From an uncultured Verrucomicrobiae bacterium (GTDB taxonomy: Bacteria > Verrucomicrobiota > Verrucomicrobiia > Limisphaerales > Palsa-1400): 64,000 bases of DNA. The stretch is taken from positions 640,001 through 704,000 of the forward strand of contig CAVXRD010000003.1 in assembly GCA_963764165.1 (NCBI GenBank). The letters run 5' to 3'. Made by a program: the position numbers and the translations under genes. Of the stretch, positions 16,789 through 27,054 are shown one piece after another. Below the pieces are notes generated by a model. The model searched no databases. It was given only the letters and a program-made list of their open reading frames with translations, and was not told where the DNA came from. Position 1 is the stretch's first letter, and the number at the start of each line of letters is the position of its first letter.

Positions 16789-19778
16789 TGTGTTGTGTAT
16801 GGAGTAATGACTTTTGCGCCAACCCACGAAGTGATGAATCCTTGAATGAACGCCGTGGTGGCCAAATCCGTAAGCTCCTCAACCCGGATGAACGGGCGCG
16901 CGCTGACAAAAATAATATCCTTCGGCTCCATGTGAAAATCCAATTGCTTGCCTTTGACAATGTCAGCCGTGTTGACAACGAAATACTGTGGATGGTTCAG
17001 CGAACCCCGGATCACGAGCACGCGGGAGCGGTAGGCGCGCTCCGTGAATCCGCCGCGCGCGGCGATGGCGGAAATCGCCGTTTCCGTTGGGAAATATCCC
17101 ACCGGCCCAGGAAGCCGAATCTCTCCCAGCACATAGACTTCCGCCACGTTGGCTCCCGCGATGTAGACATAATCACCCGGCTCAATTGGAATATTTTGCG
17201 AAAGATCGCCCGCCTCAAAAAGCTTCTCGAAATCGAGCGGCAGCCGTTTGCCATCGCGGGAAATGAAACTGCGCGAAAAATCCGCCAGATCCACAACGCT
17301 GCGTCCGACGAGGCCATTTTCAAAACCTTTCGCGCGGGCTATCGCCTCGAGAATGGTGATGGGCCTGTCCAATACGTAAGTGCCCTTCACCATGACTTTG
17401 CCGAGCATGTAATAGCGTTTGCTGCGGAAGGCGACGGGCGTGATCATCGTGTGCGGCGCGCGACGATATTTTCCCAGCTCCTGATCGATCTTGTCGCGGA
17501 GTTCGTCAATGGTAAGGCCGGTGGCGAGGATGTCCTGCGCCTCCAGAAAACTCACGCGGCCATCCGGCCCCACCACGATGTCCGCCGAATTCAATTCCGG
17601 CTGGCCGAACAAGCCAAAGTTCATGGCGTCGCCCGGGCCCAGCGTTAATTTCTGCTGCCAGGCCGCCTTTTGCGCCGGATTCACGATGGAAAATGACAAA
17701 TTGGCGGAGGTCACATTCGTCGGTGGCGTCAGCGCGGGCGGATTGGAGATTTGCCCTTGCGCTGAACTGAATGAGAGCAGCGATATGGCGATGGAAGCGG
17801 CCGTGATCCATTTCGGAAAGAGTTTTTTGACGGTCTGGCCGCGCTGGCGATTGAGCACCGCGCCCACGAGATTGCATCGAGCGTGGCGCAATGTTTCCAA
17901 TTGGTCACGAGTGGCCTCGGCCCGGGCTGTTCCGCAATTGGACAGCCAGATCAAGTTCGGCAAATTCGCCGCCAGGAGCACCGTTTCCGGCATGTCGGCC
18001 GGCGGCAATTCCACCAGAATGACGATGTTTTCGATTTTGCGCCAGTGGTTGAGCGCTTCGCTCCATTGCTGGCGGCGCTCGCGATTCCATACCCAGCCGG
18101 GCAGCGGGATGTGGACGACGGGGCGGCCATCGGGATCCGTCAAACGCGTGGCAATTTGCGCGGGAGAACTCAAGGCATCGCCTTCTCTGGTCGTGAGTTG
18201 ATCATTCCCGTTTGCAGTTCCATCTCCATTTCCATTTCCATTGGCCGATTTAAGCTCGACTGTATTGGCCTTGATCCCTTCGCCGGGCTCCCGCGCTTGC
18301 AGCGCGTCGGGCAAAAGATCCGCATCCTGCGGCGTGTCGTTCTTTCCCTCGCCCGTCGGTGGGCGCGTCGCGATGGTTAGGACGCGAAATCCAGTGAGGC
18401 TCGCCGCTTCCGCCAGCAGCTTGATCCACGTCGAGCGCCCTTCCCCTTTGGCGGAGGAGGTGAAGCCACACACCAACCCGTGGTGCGCTGTGGGACTCAA
18501 ATAGCCTTGCAGCAAAGTCCATGTGCGGAACGCCCATTGCGATTTTTCCGACTCCGGCATGCGGTCGATGTTTCCAAGCGTCGTCAACACCGGCAATTTG
18601 GTGACGCGCTGTATATCGCCGATCGTCTTCAGCCGCCCGTCGGCAAACTCCGTGAACAACACCAGGGCCAGGCTCGCCGCCAAACCGACCAGGCCGCCCA
18701 CGACCGAAGCGCCCGCAATCTTCATTCTGCGATGGCCGCTCTTGACCCCCGTGAGCGTGGCGGGGGCGAAAATTCGGGCCTGGCCGGGGGGATTCGCCAC
18801 ATACAAGTCCGCTTCGCGCTGGCGGTGAACTAAGAGGACGCGCTCTTGTTCGAGAGTCAGAATTTTCGCGCGCAGAATTTCCACTTCCGGGTCAATCTGC
18901 TGCGGCCCCTGCTGGAAATTCATCGGAATGGCCGCCGTCGCATCTGGGCCCGAAAGCGCCGAGAAAGAGGTATTGGTCGTGTCCGAGGCCAGTTGTCTTT
19001 GGATGGCCTCCACCTTGGCCCGCTGAATCTGCACTTTCGGGTGTTTGTCAGTGTATTGGAGCAGCAGATTGTTCATTTCCGCAAGCGATGTGCGCAGATT
19101 TTCCATGTCCATCGCGACGACCGGAGAATTGCGGGCAGTCGCCCGGTCCGCTTCGTTCGTTTTTCCACTGGCTTTCTTGGTGCTCTCCATCGGCGTGGCC
19201 ATCAAGTGGAATTCATGATCGAGATCCGCAATGTCCTGGTCCATTTGCTTCACTTGCTTGCTGAGATACGCATCGGTCGTCTGGCGGACTTCCTGCGCTT
19301 GCAGCATCCGCAGGTATTGCACGGCGTTTGTCAAATACACATTAAGCAAATCCACCGCCTGCTGCGCGGTCCCGGCCGCCAATTGCACGTTGACCATGTC
19401 TGATTCGGCATCGGGCTCGACTTTGATTTGCTTGGCGAAAATTTCGGACGGGATTTTCGGGGTCGCGAGCGCGCCCACCTGCTGCAAGAGCTCCGGCGCG
19501 CGGATCAGCCCGGCGAAGGTTTCCGGCGACGGCTGGTTTTCCTTGGGAAAAAGGTCGTCCCCGCCGGCCGTGCGCAGCAACTGGCCGGTGGCGGTAAATT
19601 TAGGTTTGACTAGTTTGTTGGCGGTGAACCCTATTCCCGCCGCGCACAGAAGCGCCCCAATGACCGCCCAGTGCCAGCGGCAAACCAGCATGTCCAGGAT
19701 CAGCCAGACATCGATGTTGGAGGCCGGTGTTTCCTTCATGGGAGCTGAAGGCCTTCGTGACTTTGGATTAGATTGCAT
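16785..19778 (-). CDS. Wzc-like co-polymerase (degenerate tyrosine kinase domain) fused to a Wza-like export domain
   Basis: N-terminal TM plus coiled coil with YTDKHPKV; Walker A-like TSSAKGEGRST; Walker B-like VILVELPP; GAVLNR; third hydrophobic helix; then LTLGPGD...VGPDGRV and SLBB domains. Confidence 0.88.
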   Translation of the reverse strand: MQSNPKSRRPSAPMKETPASNIDVWLILDMLVCRWHWAVIGALLCAAGIGFTANKLVKPKFTATGQLLRTAGGDDLFPKENQPSPETFAGLIRAPELLQQVGALATPKIPSEIFAKQIKVEPDAESDMVNVQLAAGTAQQAVDLLNVYLTNAVQYLRMLQAQEVRQTTDAYLSKQVKQMDQDIADLDHEFHLMATPMESTKKASGKTNEADRATARNSPVVAMDMENLRTSLAEMNNLLLQYTDKHPKVQIQRAKVEAIQRQLASDTTNTSFSALSGPDATAAIPMNFQQGPQQIDPEVEILRAKILTLEQERVLLVHRQREADLYVANPPGQARIFAPATLTGVKSGHRRMKIAGASVVGGLVGLAASLALVLFTEFADGRLKTIGDIQRVTKLPVLTTLGNIDRMPESEKSQWAFRTWTLLQGYLSPTAHHGLVCGFTSSAKGEGRSTWIKLLAEAASLTGFRVLTIATRPPTGEGKNDTPQDADLLPDALQAREPGEGIKANTVELKSANGNGNGDGTANGNDQLTTREGDALSSPAQIATRLTDPDGRPVVHIPLPGWVWNRERRQQWSEALNHWRKIENIVILVELPPADMPETVLLAANLPNLIWLSNCGTARAEATRDQLETLRHARCNLVGAVLNRQRGQTVKKLFPKWITAASIAISLLSFSSAQGQISNPPALTPPTNVTSANLSFSIVNPAQKAAWQQKLTLGPGDAMNFGLFGQPELNSADIVVGPDGRVSFLEAQDILATGLTIDELRDKIDQELGKYRRAPHTMITPVAFRSKRYYMLGKVMVKGTYVLDRPITILEAIARAKGFENGLVGRSVVDLADFSRSFISRDGKRLPLDFEKLFEAGDLSQNIPIEPGDYVYIAGANVAEVYVLGEIRLPGPVGYFPTETAISAIAARGGFTERAYRSRVLVIRGSLNHPQYFVVNTADIVKGKQLDFHMEPKDIIFVSARPFIRVEELTDLATTAFIQGFITSWVGAKVITPYTTQ

Positions 19779-19942
19779 CTGTCAAAAACAATGCAGAAAG
19801 CGTAGGGCGTGTCGGCATTATGCATCAGTGGGTGAACACCGTATAAGGCCGGTCGCGGCACCCACGAGCGTTTTACTCTGGGAAATTGGGGTTAACAGCC
19901 TACTACCACCTTGCGCCGCAGCCATCTAAGGTTGCGGGCACG

Positions 19943-21088
19943 ATGCAGTTCTCAACCGCGAATCAAGAATCAAACGGCTCCCAAGTCGCCATCGGCATCG
20001 TTGCGTGGAATGAAGAAGCTGGAATCAAGCCAACTCTTGATTCATTGCTTGAGCAGACACTTTTCGCGGAGTTGGAGAAACGCGGCTGGAAGTGCGAAAT
20101 TCTATGTCTCGCCAACGGCTGCACGGATCGCACCGTTCCAGTCGTCGAAGAAATCTTCGCGGGCTACGAGAGCAAACACCCGAATCGCGCGGCCTTTAGA
20201 GCGCGCGTGGTTGAATTGCAGAAGCGGGGAAAAATCAACGCGTGGAACCAATTCGTCCATGAGCTTTCGCCGAAAAATGCGAAGTACATGTTCCTGATGG
20301 ACGCGGATATTTTGATTCATCGCCGCGAATCGCTTTGGAACATGCTCCGCGCCTTGGAAGAAGACCACGAGGCCTACATCGCCGTCGACCGCCCAAAAAA
20401 GCATTTGCTCTTCAAGGAACGGAAGACGCCCATGGATTATCTTTCGCTGGCGGCGTCGCGGCTGACTTCCTCCGCCGATGGGCAGCTCTGCGGGCAGCTC
20501 TATTGCATTCGGGCGGAAATCGCCCGGAACATTTATTTGCCGAAAGATTTATCCGCGTGTGAGGACGGATTCATCAAGACGCTCGTTTGCACAGATTTTC
20601 TCACCCGGCCCTCCGCCGCGCGGCGCATTCGCGTGGCGGAAGGGGCGGAGCACACTTTCGAGGCATACACCTCGCCAAAAGCGATAGTCAAAAATCAAAA
20701 AAGACAAATCATCGGGCAGACGATCATCCATATTCTTGTTGACCACTATTTCAAGAATCGTCCGTCGTCCGGTGGCGCGCGTTTGGCAGACACGTTGGAA
20801 AGCAATGATCGCAATGACCCGCTCTGGCTCAAGAGGCTGATTCATCAGCACCTGGAGGAGACGCGGCATTGGTGGCGTCTTTATCCCGGGATGAGCGGCA
20901 TGGGATTCAGGCGCCTGCGCCGCCTCAACCTTGGCGCGCGTGTTCTTTGCTTTCCCGCCGCAGTCGCAAGTTCGGTGCTTGCGGTTGTTTCCGGACGCAT
21001 GGCGCATCAAGCGCTGCGGGCCGGCTGCACAGAATACTGGCCCCAGGCCCAGCGTGAAGGACTCACCCCCGCCAACTCAAAAACTTAA
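19943..21088 (+). CDS. Glycosyltransferase family 2
   Basis: IVAWNEE, NGCTDRT, GKINAWN, MDAD (DxD), EDG motifs. Confidence 0.9.
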   Translation: MQFSTANQESNGSQVAIGIVAWNEEAGIKPTLDSLLEQTLFAELEKRGWKCEILCLANGCTDRTVPVVEEIFAGYESKHPNRAAFRARVVELQKRGKINAWNQFVHELSPKNAKYMFLMDADILIHRRESLWNMLRALEEDHEAYIAVDRPKKHLLFKERKTPMDYLSLAASRLTSSADGQLCGQLYCIRAEIARNIYLPKDLSACEDGFIKTLVCTDFLTRPSAARRIRVAEGAEHTFEAYTSPKAIVKNQKRQIIGQTIIHILVDHYFKNRPSSGGARLADTLESNDRNDPLWLKRLIHQHLEETRHWWRLYPGMSGMGFRRLRRLNLGARVLCFPAAVASSVLAVVSGRMAHQALRAGCTEYWPQAQREGLTPANSKT

Positions 21089-21090
21089 TT

Positions 21091-21720
21091 ATGCAAGGCA
21101 CAATTCCACAAAAAATCGGGCGCGTGGTGGCAAATCTTTGCCTCCACCCGCAGTACATGCCACGCACCGTGGCCCACAACGTTCTCGGCCGCAAATCGCC
21201 GGCTGACCTGGAGCTGCCGTGGCTGCCCTACGCAGCCATTGATTTTCTCGAGGAATATTGCCAGCCGACTATGGCGGTTTGCGAATACGGCTCCGGCGGC
21301 TCCACCCTGTTCTTTTCCAAGCGGGTGAAATCGGTCTACTCGATTGAGGACAACGTGGAATGGTTCAACTTGATTTCGGACCGCGTCCGCAACAAGGGCA
21401 TCACCAACGTCACGCTGAAACTCTTCCCGTTCGATTTCAAAAATCCGGCCGATTTCGACAAATCGGAGTATTTGAACGCCATCCCTGACCAGAAGTTTGA
21501 CATCATCGTCGTCGACGGCAGCGAGGAATGGAATAAGATTCGCGCGATTTGCTTTGCCAAGGCCGAGAAGCACGTCAAGAAGGGCGGCATCATTCTGGTT
21601 GACGATTCCTGGCGCTATCCGGAAATCCGCCAGAACCACAACGCCACCCGTTTCCAGACGTTTCAAAGTGTCGGCCCCGGCCGCCCCGGCGTGACGAGTT
21701 CCGACGTTTACTTCTACTGA
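21091..21720 (+). CDS. Class I SAM-dependent methyltransferase
   Basis: EYGSGGST, FDIIVVDG, GGIILVDD. Confidence 0.88.
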   Translation: MQGTIPQKIGRVVANLCLHPQYMPRTVAHNVLGRKSPADLELPWLPYAAIDFLEEYCQPTMAVCEYGSGGSTLFFSKRVKSVYSIEDNVEWFNLISDRVRNKGITNVTLKLFPFDFKNPADFDKSEYLNAIPDQKFDIIVVDGSEEWNKIRAICFAKAEKHVKKGGIILVDDSWRYPEIRQNHNATRFQTFQSVGPGRPGVTSSDVYFY

Positions 21721-21753
21721 GACGCGCTCGGACCCGCCGAGCGTCGCGGAGCG

Positions 21754-23193
21754 ATGACATTCAAAGCGATATTTGGTGTGACAGTGCTGCCTGCTGCCAT
21801 TCTGGCCAGCTGCCTGATGTGCTGTCTTTCCAAGCGCCTCCGCGACCTCTATTTCCTGCTGCTGGTGTTCTTCGCGCCCATGATTGAGCTGATGGACGTG
21901 AATTTCTGGAGCCGGGAGTGGTATCGCGGGACGTCTCGCGGCTTTGAGTTTTCGATCCTGGACATCCTGTCCATCAGCCTGCTGGTGAGCGCGGTGCTTG
22001 CGCCGCGCAAGGGGGAGGCCCGGTGGTTCTGGCCCGCCAGCATCGGTTTGATGTTCCTGTTGTTCCTCTATGCGTGCGGCAATGTTGCGGCGATGGAACC
22101 GAAACTGTTCGGGATGTTCGAGCTGTTCAAAATGGTTCGGGGCATGATCCTGGTCTCCGCCATTGCCCTCTTCATCCGCAGCGAGCGTGAAGTGAAAATG
22201 CTCATTTTCGCGCTGTCCGCGCTGGTCTGCTTTGAGGGAATGCTGGCCATCAAGCAGCGCTACCTTGATGGCATCAACCGCGTTCCCGGCACGATCGATG
22301 ATTCGAATAGCTTGTCGGTATTCTGCTGCATGACGGGGCCCGTTTTGGTGGCGGCGCTGAATTCGCGCATCTCGCTGTTCCAGAAAATGATGTGCGCCGC
22401 TGGCATCGGACTGGTCTGCATCGCCGAAATTCTCACCATCTCCCGGGCCGGCGTCGTGACCTTGGCGATGATGCTATTGGGGACGGCTCTTTGCACGATG
22501 TCGTGGAAAATCGATGCTCGCAAAGTGGCCATCGTTGTCACGGTGGTGCTGGGCGCGGTGGGAATTATCGCGAAGTCCTGGCATTCGCTGGGAGAACGAT
22601 TCGGCTCCTCCACTCTGGAGCAGGAGTACGGCAACCATCACAATCTTGGCCGCGGCTACTACCTGCGCATCGCGGGAGCTATCATTGACGATCATCCGTT
22701 TGGCATCGGTTTGAATAATTGGTCGTACATAACAAGCAACGAATACGGACCGCGCCTCGGCTATCAATTTGTTCCGTACCAGGGTGTCGATAAGGAGCCC
22801 AGTGATAAAATTCCATCGGGCGCGAATGTGGACGAGGCACAAGCCGCCCCCGCCCATTGTCTCGCCGCGTTGACGCTCGGCGAACTCGGCTATCCCGGCG
22901 TTTTCCTTTTGCTGTGCCTGTGGATTCGGTGGTTTTTTACGTCAGGCGCTTTCATTTTCAAGCGGACGCCGGATGTCACCCGCCGGCTTGCCGTGGGCAT
23001 TTTCTTTGGCTGCGGCGGGATATTTTTGCAGAGCATCACGGAATGGGTTTTCCGGCAGTCCCCCATTTATTACGTCTTCCACATTTTGGTGGGGACGCTG
23101 GCCAGCCTGCATTACATGAAGCGGCGGGCGGCGAAAAAGGCGGCTGAGGAAGCGGAAAGCGATCTCCTGCCGGTTGAAGTTCAATTTGCATAA
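21754..23193 (+). CDS. O-antigen ligase / Wzy polymerase family membrane protein
   Basis: Multi-TM; TISRAG, HPFGIGLNN, PAH...LGELG motifs. Confidence 0.85.
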   Translation: MTFKAIFGVTVLPAAILASCLMCCLSKRLRDLYFLLLVFFAPMIELMDVNFWSREWYRGTSRGFEFSILDILSISLLVSAVLAPRKGEARWFWPASIGLMFLLFLYACGNVAAMEPKLFGMFELFKMVRGMILVSAIALFIRSEREVKMLIFALSALVCFEGMLAIKQRYLDGINRVPGTIDDSNSLSVFCCMTGPVLVAALNSRISLFQKMMCAAGIGLVCIAEILTISRAGVVTLAMMLLGTALCTMSWKIDARKVAIVVTVVLGAVGIIAKSWHSLGERFGSSTLEQEYGNHHNLGRGYYLRIAGAIIDDHPFGIGLNNWSYITSNEYGPRLGYQFVPYQGVDKEPSDKIPSGANVDEAQAAPAHCLAALTLGELGYPGVFLLLCLWIRWFFTSGAFIFKRTPDVTRRLAVGIFFGCGGIFLQSITEWVFRQSPIYYVFHILVGTLASLHYMKRRAAKKAAEEAESDLLPVEVQFA

Positions 23194-23195
23194 TC

Positions 23196-24431
23196 ATGCG
23201 CACGATTCACGTATTGCGAAAATTGGATCGCGCCGAATGGGGCGGCACCGAGACCGCCATCGAGCGCCTCTTTGAAGGATTGCGGGCCAACAATGTCGAG
23301 GCTGTTGTCTACAGCCCGAAATTGACGAAACCGTCCGAGAAAGACCCGGCGGATGTTCGCCGCTTTCGCGCCTTCGTGCCGATTGTCGGCCTCTCGGAGC
23401 AGCGCCGGCGGCAGATGGTTTCGGTGGGTGGCAATTTGATGTCGTTCGAGCTCCCAAAAATGCTGTGGAAGGAACGCGATGCCGCCGTCATTCACGCGCA
23501 TACGCTGGGGAGAATTGGAGGCATTGCGCGATTGGTGGCGAAGAAGCGGAAGCTCCCTTTTGTGATTTCGATTCACGGCGGAGTTTTGGATTTGCCGCAA
23601 AAAGTGAAGGAGGAATTCAACACGCCCGAGCGCGATGGTTTCGAATGGGGCCGCGCTTTCGGATGGATTCTTGGCGCGCGCCATTTGTTTCGCGACTCCG
23701 ATTGCATCCTGACCTGCAACGAAAAGGAAGCCGCCCTGCTCCGCCGGCAGCATCCAAATAAACGCGTGGTCGTTCAACCGCACGGCGTGCCGCTGGCGCA
23801 ATATCAAAAGGACTGCCGCGCCGCCGCGCGCGAAGCGTTTCCGCGGATCGTCGGCAGGCAGATGCTTCTCTCGGTCGGCCGCATTGACCCGATCAAAAAC
23901 CAGGGATGGCTTATCGATCAATCGCCGGAAATTTTCAGAAAACATCCCAAAGCCATCCTTGTCCTGGCCGGCCCCTGCACCGACGAGCCGTACGGCGCCG
24001 CCATGGACAAGAAAATCAAAGACCTCGGGCTGCAAGAAAAAGTGTTGTTGACGGGCGGGATGCCGTCCAACGATCCGCGTTTGATCGGGTTGATGCAGGA
24101 ATCCAGCGCGCTGGTGCTGCCCTCGCTTTCGGAAACTTTTGGCTTGGTGATTCTGGAAGCGTGGGCTGCCGGAGCGGTTGTGGTTTCGAGCCGCGCTTCC
24201 GGGCCTTCAGCGCTAATTCGCGACGGGGAAAATGGCTGGCTCTTTGGCCTGGACCAACCGGCGGCCTTTCATGCGGCGATGGACAAGGCGCTGGCCGATC
24301 CCGCCATGGCCCGCGCCATGGCAAAACGCGGGGGTGCGATCAGCGAGCAATACAGCCTCGCCGCCATCGCGGCCCGCGTTAAAAAACTTTACGAAGAACT
24401 TATCCTGGAAAAGCAACAATGCGCTACGTAA
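23196..24431 (+). CDS. Glycosyltransferase family 4
   Basis: GGTE, VGRIDPIKNQ, ETFGLVILEAWAAG. Confidence 0.93.
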   Translation: MRTIHVLRKLDRAEWGGTETAIERLFEGLRANNVEAVVYSPKLTKPSEKDPADVRRFRAFVPIVGLSEQRRRQMVSVGGNLMSFELPKMLWKERDAAVIHAHTLGRIGGIARLVAKKRKLPFVISIHGGVLDLPQKVKEEFNTPERDGFEWGRAFGWILGARHLFRDSDCILTCNEKEAALLRRQHPNKRVVVQPHGVPLAQYQKDCRAAAREAFPRIVGRQMLLSVGRIDPIKNQGWLIDQSPEIFRKHPKAILVLAGPCTDEPYGAAMDKKIKDLGLQEKVLLTGGMPSNDPRLIGLMQESSALVLPSLSETFGLVILEAWAAGAVVVSSRASGPSALIRDGENGWLFGLDQPAAFHAAMDKALADPAMARAMAKRGGAISEQYSLAAIAARVKKLYEELILEKQQCAT

Positions 24432-25240
24432 TCATTCGAGACGATGACACAAACGCCCTGACGCATCCGCATTGCCTGGAGCGGCTCTACCGGCCGTTTT
24501 TGGAGCGCGGCCTGCCCGTCAACCTCGCGACCATTCCTGAAGTCAATACGAATACATTGATGACCGATGGCACGCTTGAGGGCTATCTGTATTTGCGCAA
24601 CGGTGAGAAGGCGAGCAAGCTTCCCATCGGCGCGAACCCCAAGCTGGTCAGTTACCTGCTCCAGAATCCCGGATACCACATCGTCCAGCACGGCTGCCAC
24701 CACGATCAATGGGAGTTCGACAGCAAAGATCGCACAGACGTGGCGCGGCGTCTTGATCACGGCGCGAAGATGCTGATGGAATCCGGTTTCTCGAAGCCCG
24801 ACACCTTCGTGGCCCCTTACGACAAACTTTCCCGCGTCAGCCTGGCGGAAGTGGCCGCAAGGTTTCGCGTTTTGTCGACCGGCTGGTTTGAATTGCGCCG
24901 CCTCCCCTACTCCTGGTGGCCAAAGTTCGCTGTCAAGAAAATGAGCCAGGCTGAGCATTGGCGCGTGGGCCATACGTGGCTCCTGTCCCATCCCGGCTGC
25001 CTGCTCTCGTGCCATCGGCCGGTGCATGAAATCTTGGATGCCATCACCTATTGCGTTGAATCGCGGCCATTGACCGTGCTGGTGACGCATTGGTGGGAAT
25101 ATTTCCGTGATGGCTCACAGCCGAATGAGCCGTTGATTGACGTGCTGCACGAAACCGCGGAGTTTCTGAGCCGCCGGAAGGACATCAAGGTCATTCCGTT
25201 CAGTGAGCTCGCGGCGGGGGCGAATTACGTGCTCAACTAG
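24419..25240 (+). CDS. DUF2334 family polysaccharide deacetylase-like protein
   Basis: IIRDDD, QHGCHH, FVAPY, THWWE NodB-like motifs. Confidence 0.85.
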   Translation: MRYVIIRDDDTNALTHPHCLERLYRPFLERGLPVNLATIPEVNTNTLMTDGTLEGYLYLRNGEKASKLPIGANPKLVSYLLQNPGYHIVQHGCHHDQWEFDSKDRTDVARRLDHGAKMLMESGFSKPDTFVAPYDKLSRVSLAEVAARFRVLSTGWFELRRLPYSWWPKFAVKKMSQAEHWRVGHTWLLSHPGCLLSCHRPVHEILDAITYCVESRPLTVLVTHWWEYFRDGSQPNEPLIDVLHETAEFLSRRKDIKVIPFSELAAGANYVLN

Positions 25241-26061
25241 GGCCTGTTAACACTAACGTAACGCCTCCACGATGAGCGCGAGGACGACGAATCCGGAGTA
25301 CAACGCATCCAATTTGTCGAAGCGACTGAAGACTCGGCGGTAGCTTTTGAGTCGGCGAAAAAGCCGTTCAATCTCATTGCGGCGTCGGTAAAGGGTTTGG
25401 TCATACTCCCACGGATTTAAGCGTCGGGGGTTAGGAGGAACCACTGGAGCGTAGCCCAATTCCCGCGCCTGTTGCAGAGTCTCGTCCCCTTCATAGGCGC
25501 TGTCCATGATGAGTGGAAGCCCTGCCGGAACCGGCCCGCCCGCCTGCAAAAGCTCGCGTCCTTGCGGCGCGTCCCCCGCCTGGCCGGGGGAAAGCTTGAG
25601 CATTAAGGCGCACTGGGCATTCGCGGCAACCAGATGAATTTTGGTGGTGCAACCGCCTCGGGAGCGCCCGATGGCCTGTGGGCCGTTTTTTTTAGCGCCC
25701 CGGTGCCGTCGGGGTGAACCTTGATCGTCGTGCTGTCCAAGCAGACTTGCTCGATCCGGATCGCCAGGATTTGCTCCTGCTGGAGCCGGGCGAAGACTCG
25801 ATCCAGCACGCCCGCTTTGCTCCAGCGGTTCATGCGGGTGTAGATCGTATGCCAGTTGCCAAAATGTTTTGGCAGGCCGCGCCATTTGCACCCATGCTCC
25901 ACCACATAGAGCAGGGCGTTGAGAAGTTGCAGATTGGTCATGCTCACGTTGCCGCGCTGCCGCGGCAGACAATCAGCAACCCGCTGATATTGACTCTCTG
26001 TAAGCTCCACCCAGCCATTTTGCCTTGTCGCCTATAAAATGTCAATTAGTGTTAACAGGCC
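25241..26061 (-). mobile_element. IS5-family insertion sequence (IS427-like), 821 bp
   Basis: Perfect 16-bp TIRs GGCCTGTTAACACTAA (25241-25256) and TTAGTGTTAACAGGCC (26046-26061), flanked by CTAG on both sides. Confidence 0.95.
25253..26010 (-). CDS. IS5-family DDE transposase, two ORFs joined by a probable programmed frameshift
   Basis: OrfA (GCKWRGLP...W..IYTR) and OrfB (IGRSRGGCTTKIH, MDSAY, YRRRNEIERLF); A8 run at 25686-25693. Confidence 0.92.
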
Positions 26062-26105
26062 CTAGTCGGATGGGATTTATAGGACGAATGGGACCTGTTC
26101 GCCTA

Positions 26106-26139
26106 AAATAAAAGAGCCGTTCGGTTTGCGCCGAACGGC
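26106..26139 (-). terminator. Rho-independent terminator of the minus-strand GT operon
   Basis: gccgttcgg-tttgcg-ccgaacggc hairpin with a T-rich tail on the minus strand. Confidence 0.7.
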
Positions 26140-26165
26140 CTTCTGCTGGCTAACAACCCCTAATC

Positions 26166-27053
26166 CTACCCCTTTTGCCCTAAAGCCATGGCGGCGCTGC
26201 CTGATCTCTCCCCTGCGCTGCTGATTAAAATTGGCTGGCTCTGCATGGGCTGCGTTTCCGTCCAGCGCGCGATCCAATCGGCGACCCGGTCCATCAGGGT
26301 CACAGGCCGCGCGCTCGTGACGCGGTGCGGTCGAAGCGAGGAAAGCAGAAACGCGTCGGAAACGGTGCTCTGCGAGCCTGTCTGCCAATTGATCAAATTG
26401 CTGCCCCAGGCGATCGAATGATTGATTTGCACATACAGCCCCACGAAGGTGTGCGGCCCCACGATGCTTTGCTTAATCTCAGCTCTCGGATCAACAAATG
26501 CTCCGTTTTCGATAATTGTGCCCGGCCCAATGACGGCATTTGCCCCAATCAATACCCGGTCTCCAATCCAACACGGGCCAATAAGCTTGGCGGTCTTGGC
26601 GATCTGGCTGTGGACACCCACCCAAACGCCCGGCTTGACCTGGCGGATGCCAACACGGTCGGCCTGCAGTGCGCAGGGGACCCAGCGCTCAAGCGCCTTG
26701 TACCAGCCCTCATAACTTCCGAAGAGCGGAAATTCCGGCAGGCCCGGGAAATGATCCATGACAAACGACTCGGCAAGATGCTTCTCGGAGGCTTGCTGGC
26801 GGGTCAATTCGCGTGATTCCGAGACGTGATGCACGGTCAATCCCCAGCGCGAGCCATTTCCCGCCACTTTCCAGATTTCCTCCTGCCGTTCGTGCGCCAG
26901 AAGAACAACCTCTTTCACGCCGACACCAGCAAGATGGCTCAGCCAGTATTCCAGGATGCTCATCCCGAGCGCTTGGGTGAGAGCCAACGGCGTATCTGCC
27001 GCAAGGAGGGGAACCTCCGGGCGATCAGAGGGGCATATCAGTGCCGCCTTCAT
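26166..27053 (-). CDS. Degenerate NDP-sugar pyrophosphorylase-like protein with hexapeptide (LbH) repeats
   Basis: MKAALI...ILEYWL...GNGSRWG; IGPCWIG/IGANAVIGP repeats; lacks the LAGGxGTR loop. Confidence 0.75.
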   Translation of the reverse strand: MKAALICPSDRPEVPLLAADTPLALTQALGMSILEYWLSHLAGVGVKEVVLLAHERQEEIWKVAGNGSRWGLTVHHVSESRELTRQQASEKHLAESFVMDHFPGLPEFPLFGSYEGWYKALERWVPCALQADRVGIRQVKPGVWVGVHSQIAKTAKLIGPCWIGDRVLIGANAVIGPGTIIENGAFVDPRAEIKQSIVGPHTFVGLYVQINHSIAWGSNLINWQTGSQSTVSDAFLLSSLRPHRVTSARPVTLMDRVADWIARWTETQPMQSQPILISSAGERSGSAAMALGQKG

Positions 27054-27054
27054 G

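Noticed and set aside
25253..26010. Transposase pseudogene
   Set aside because: A split at an A-run is the normal programmed-frameshift layout for this IS5 subgroup, and the TIRs are intact
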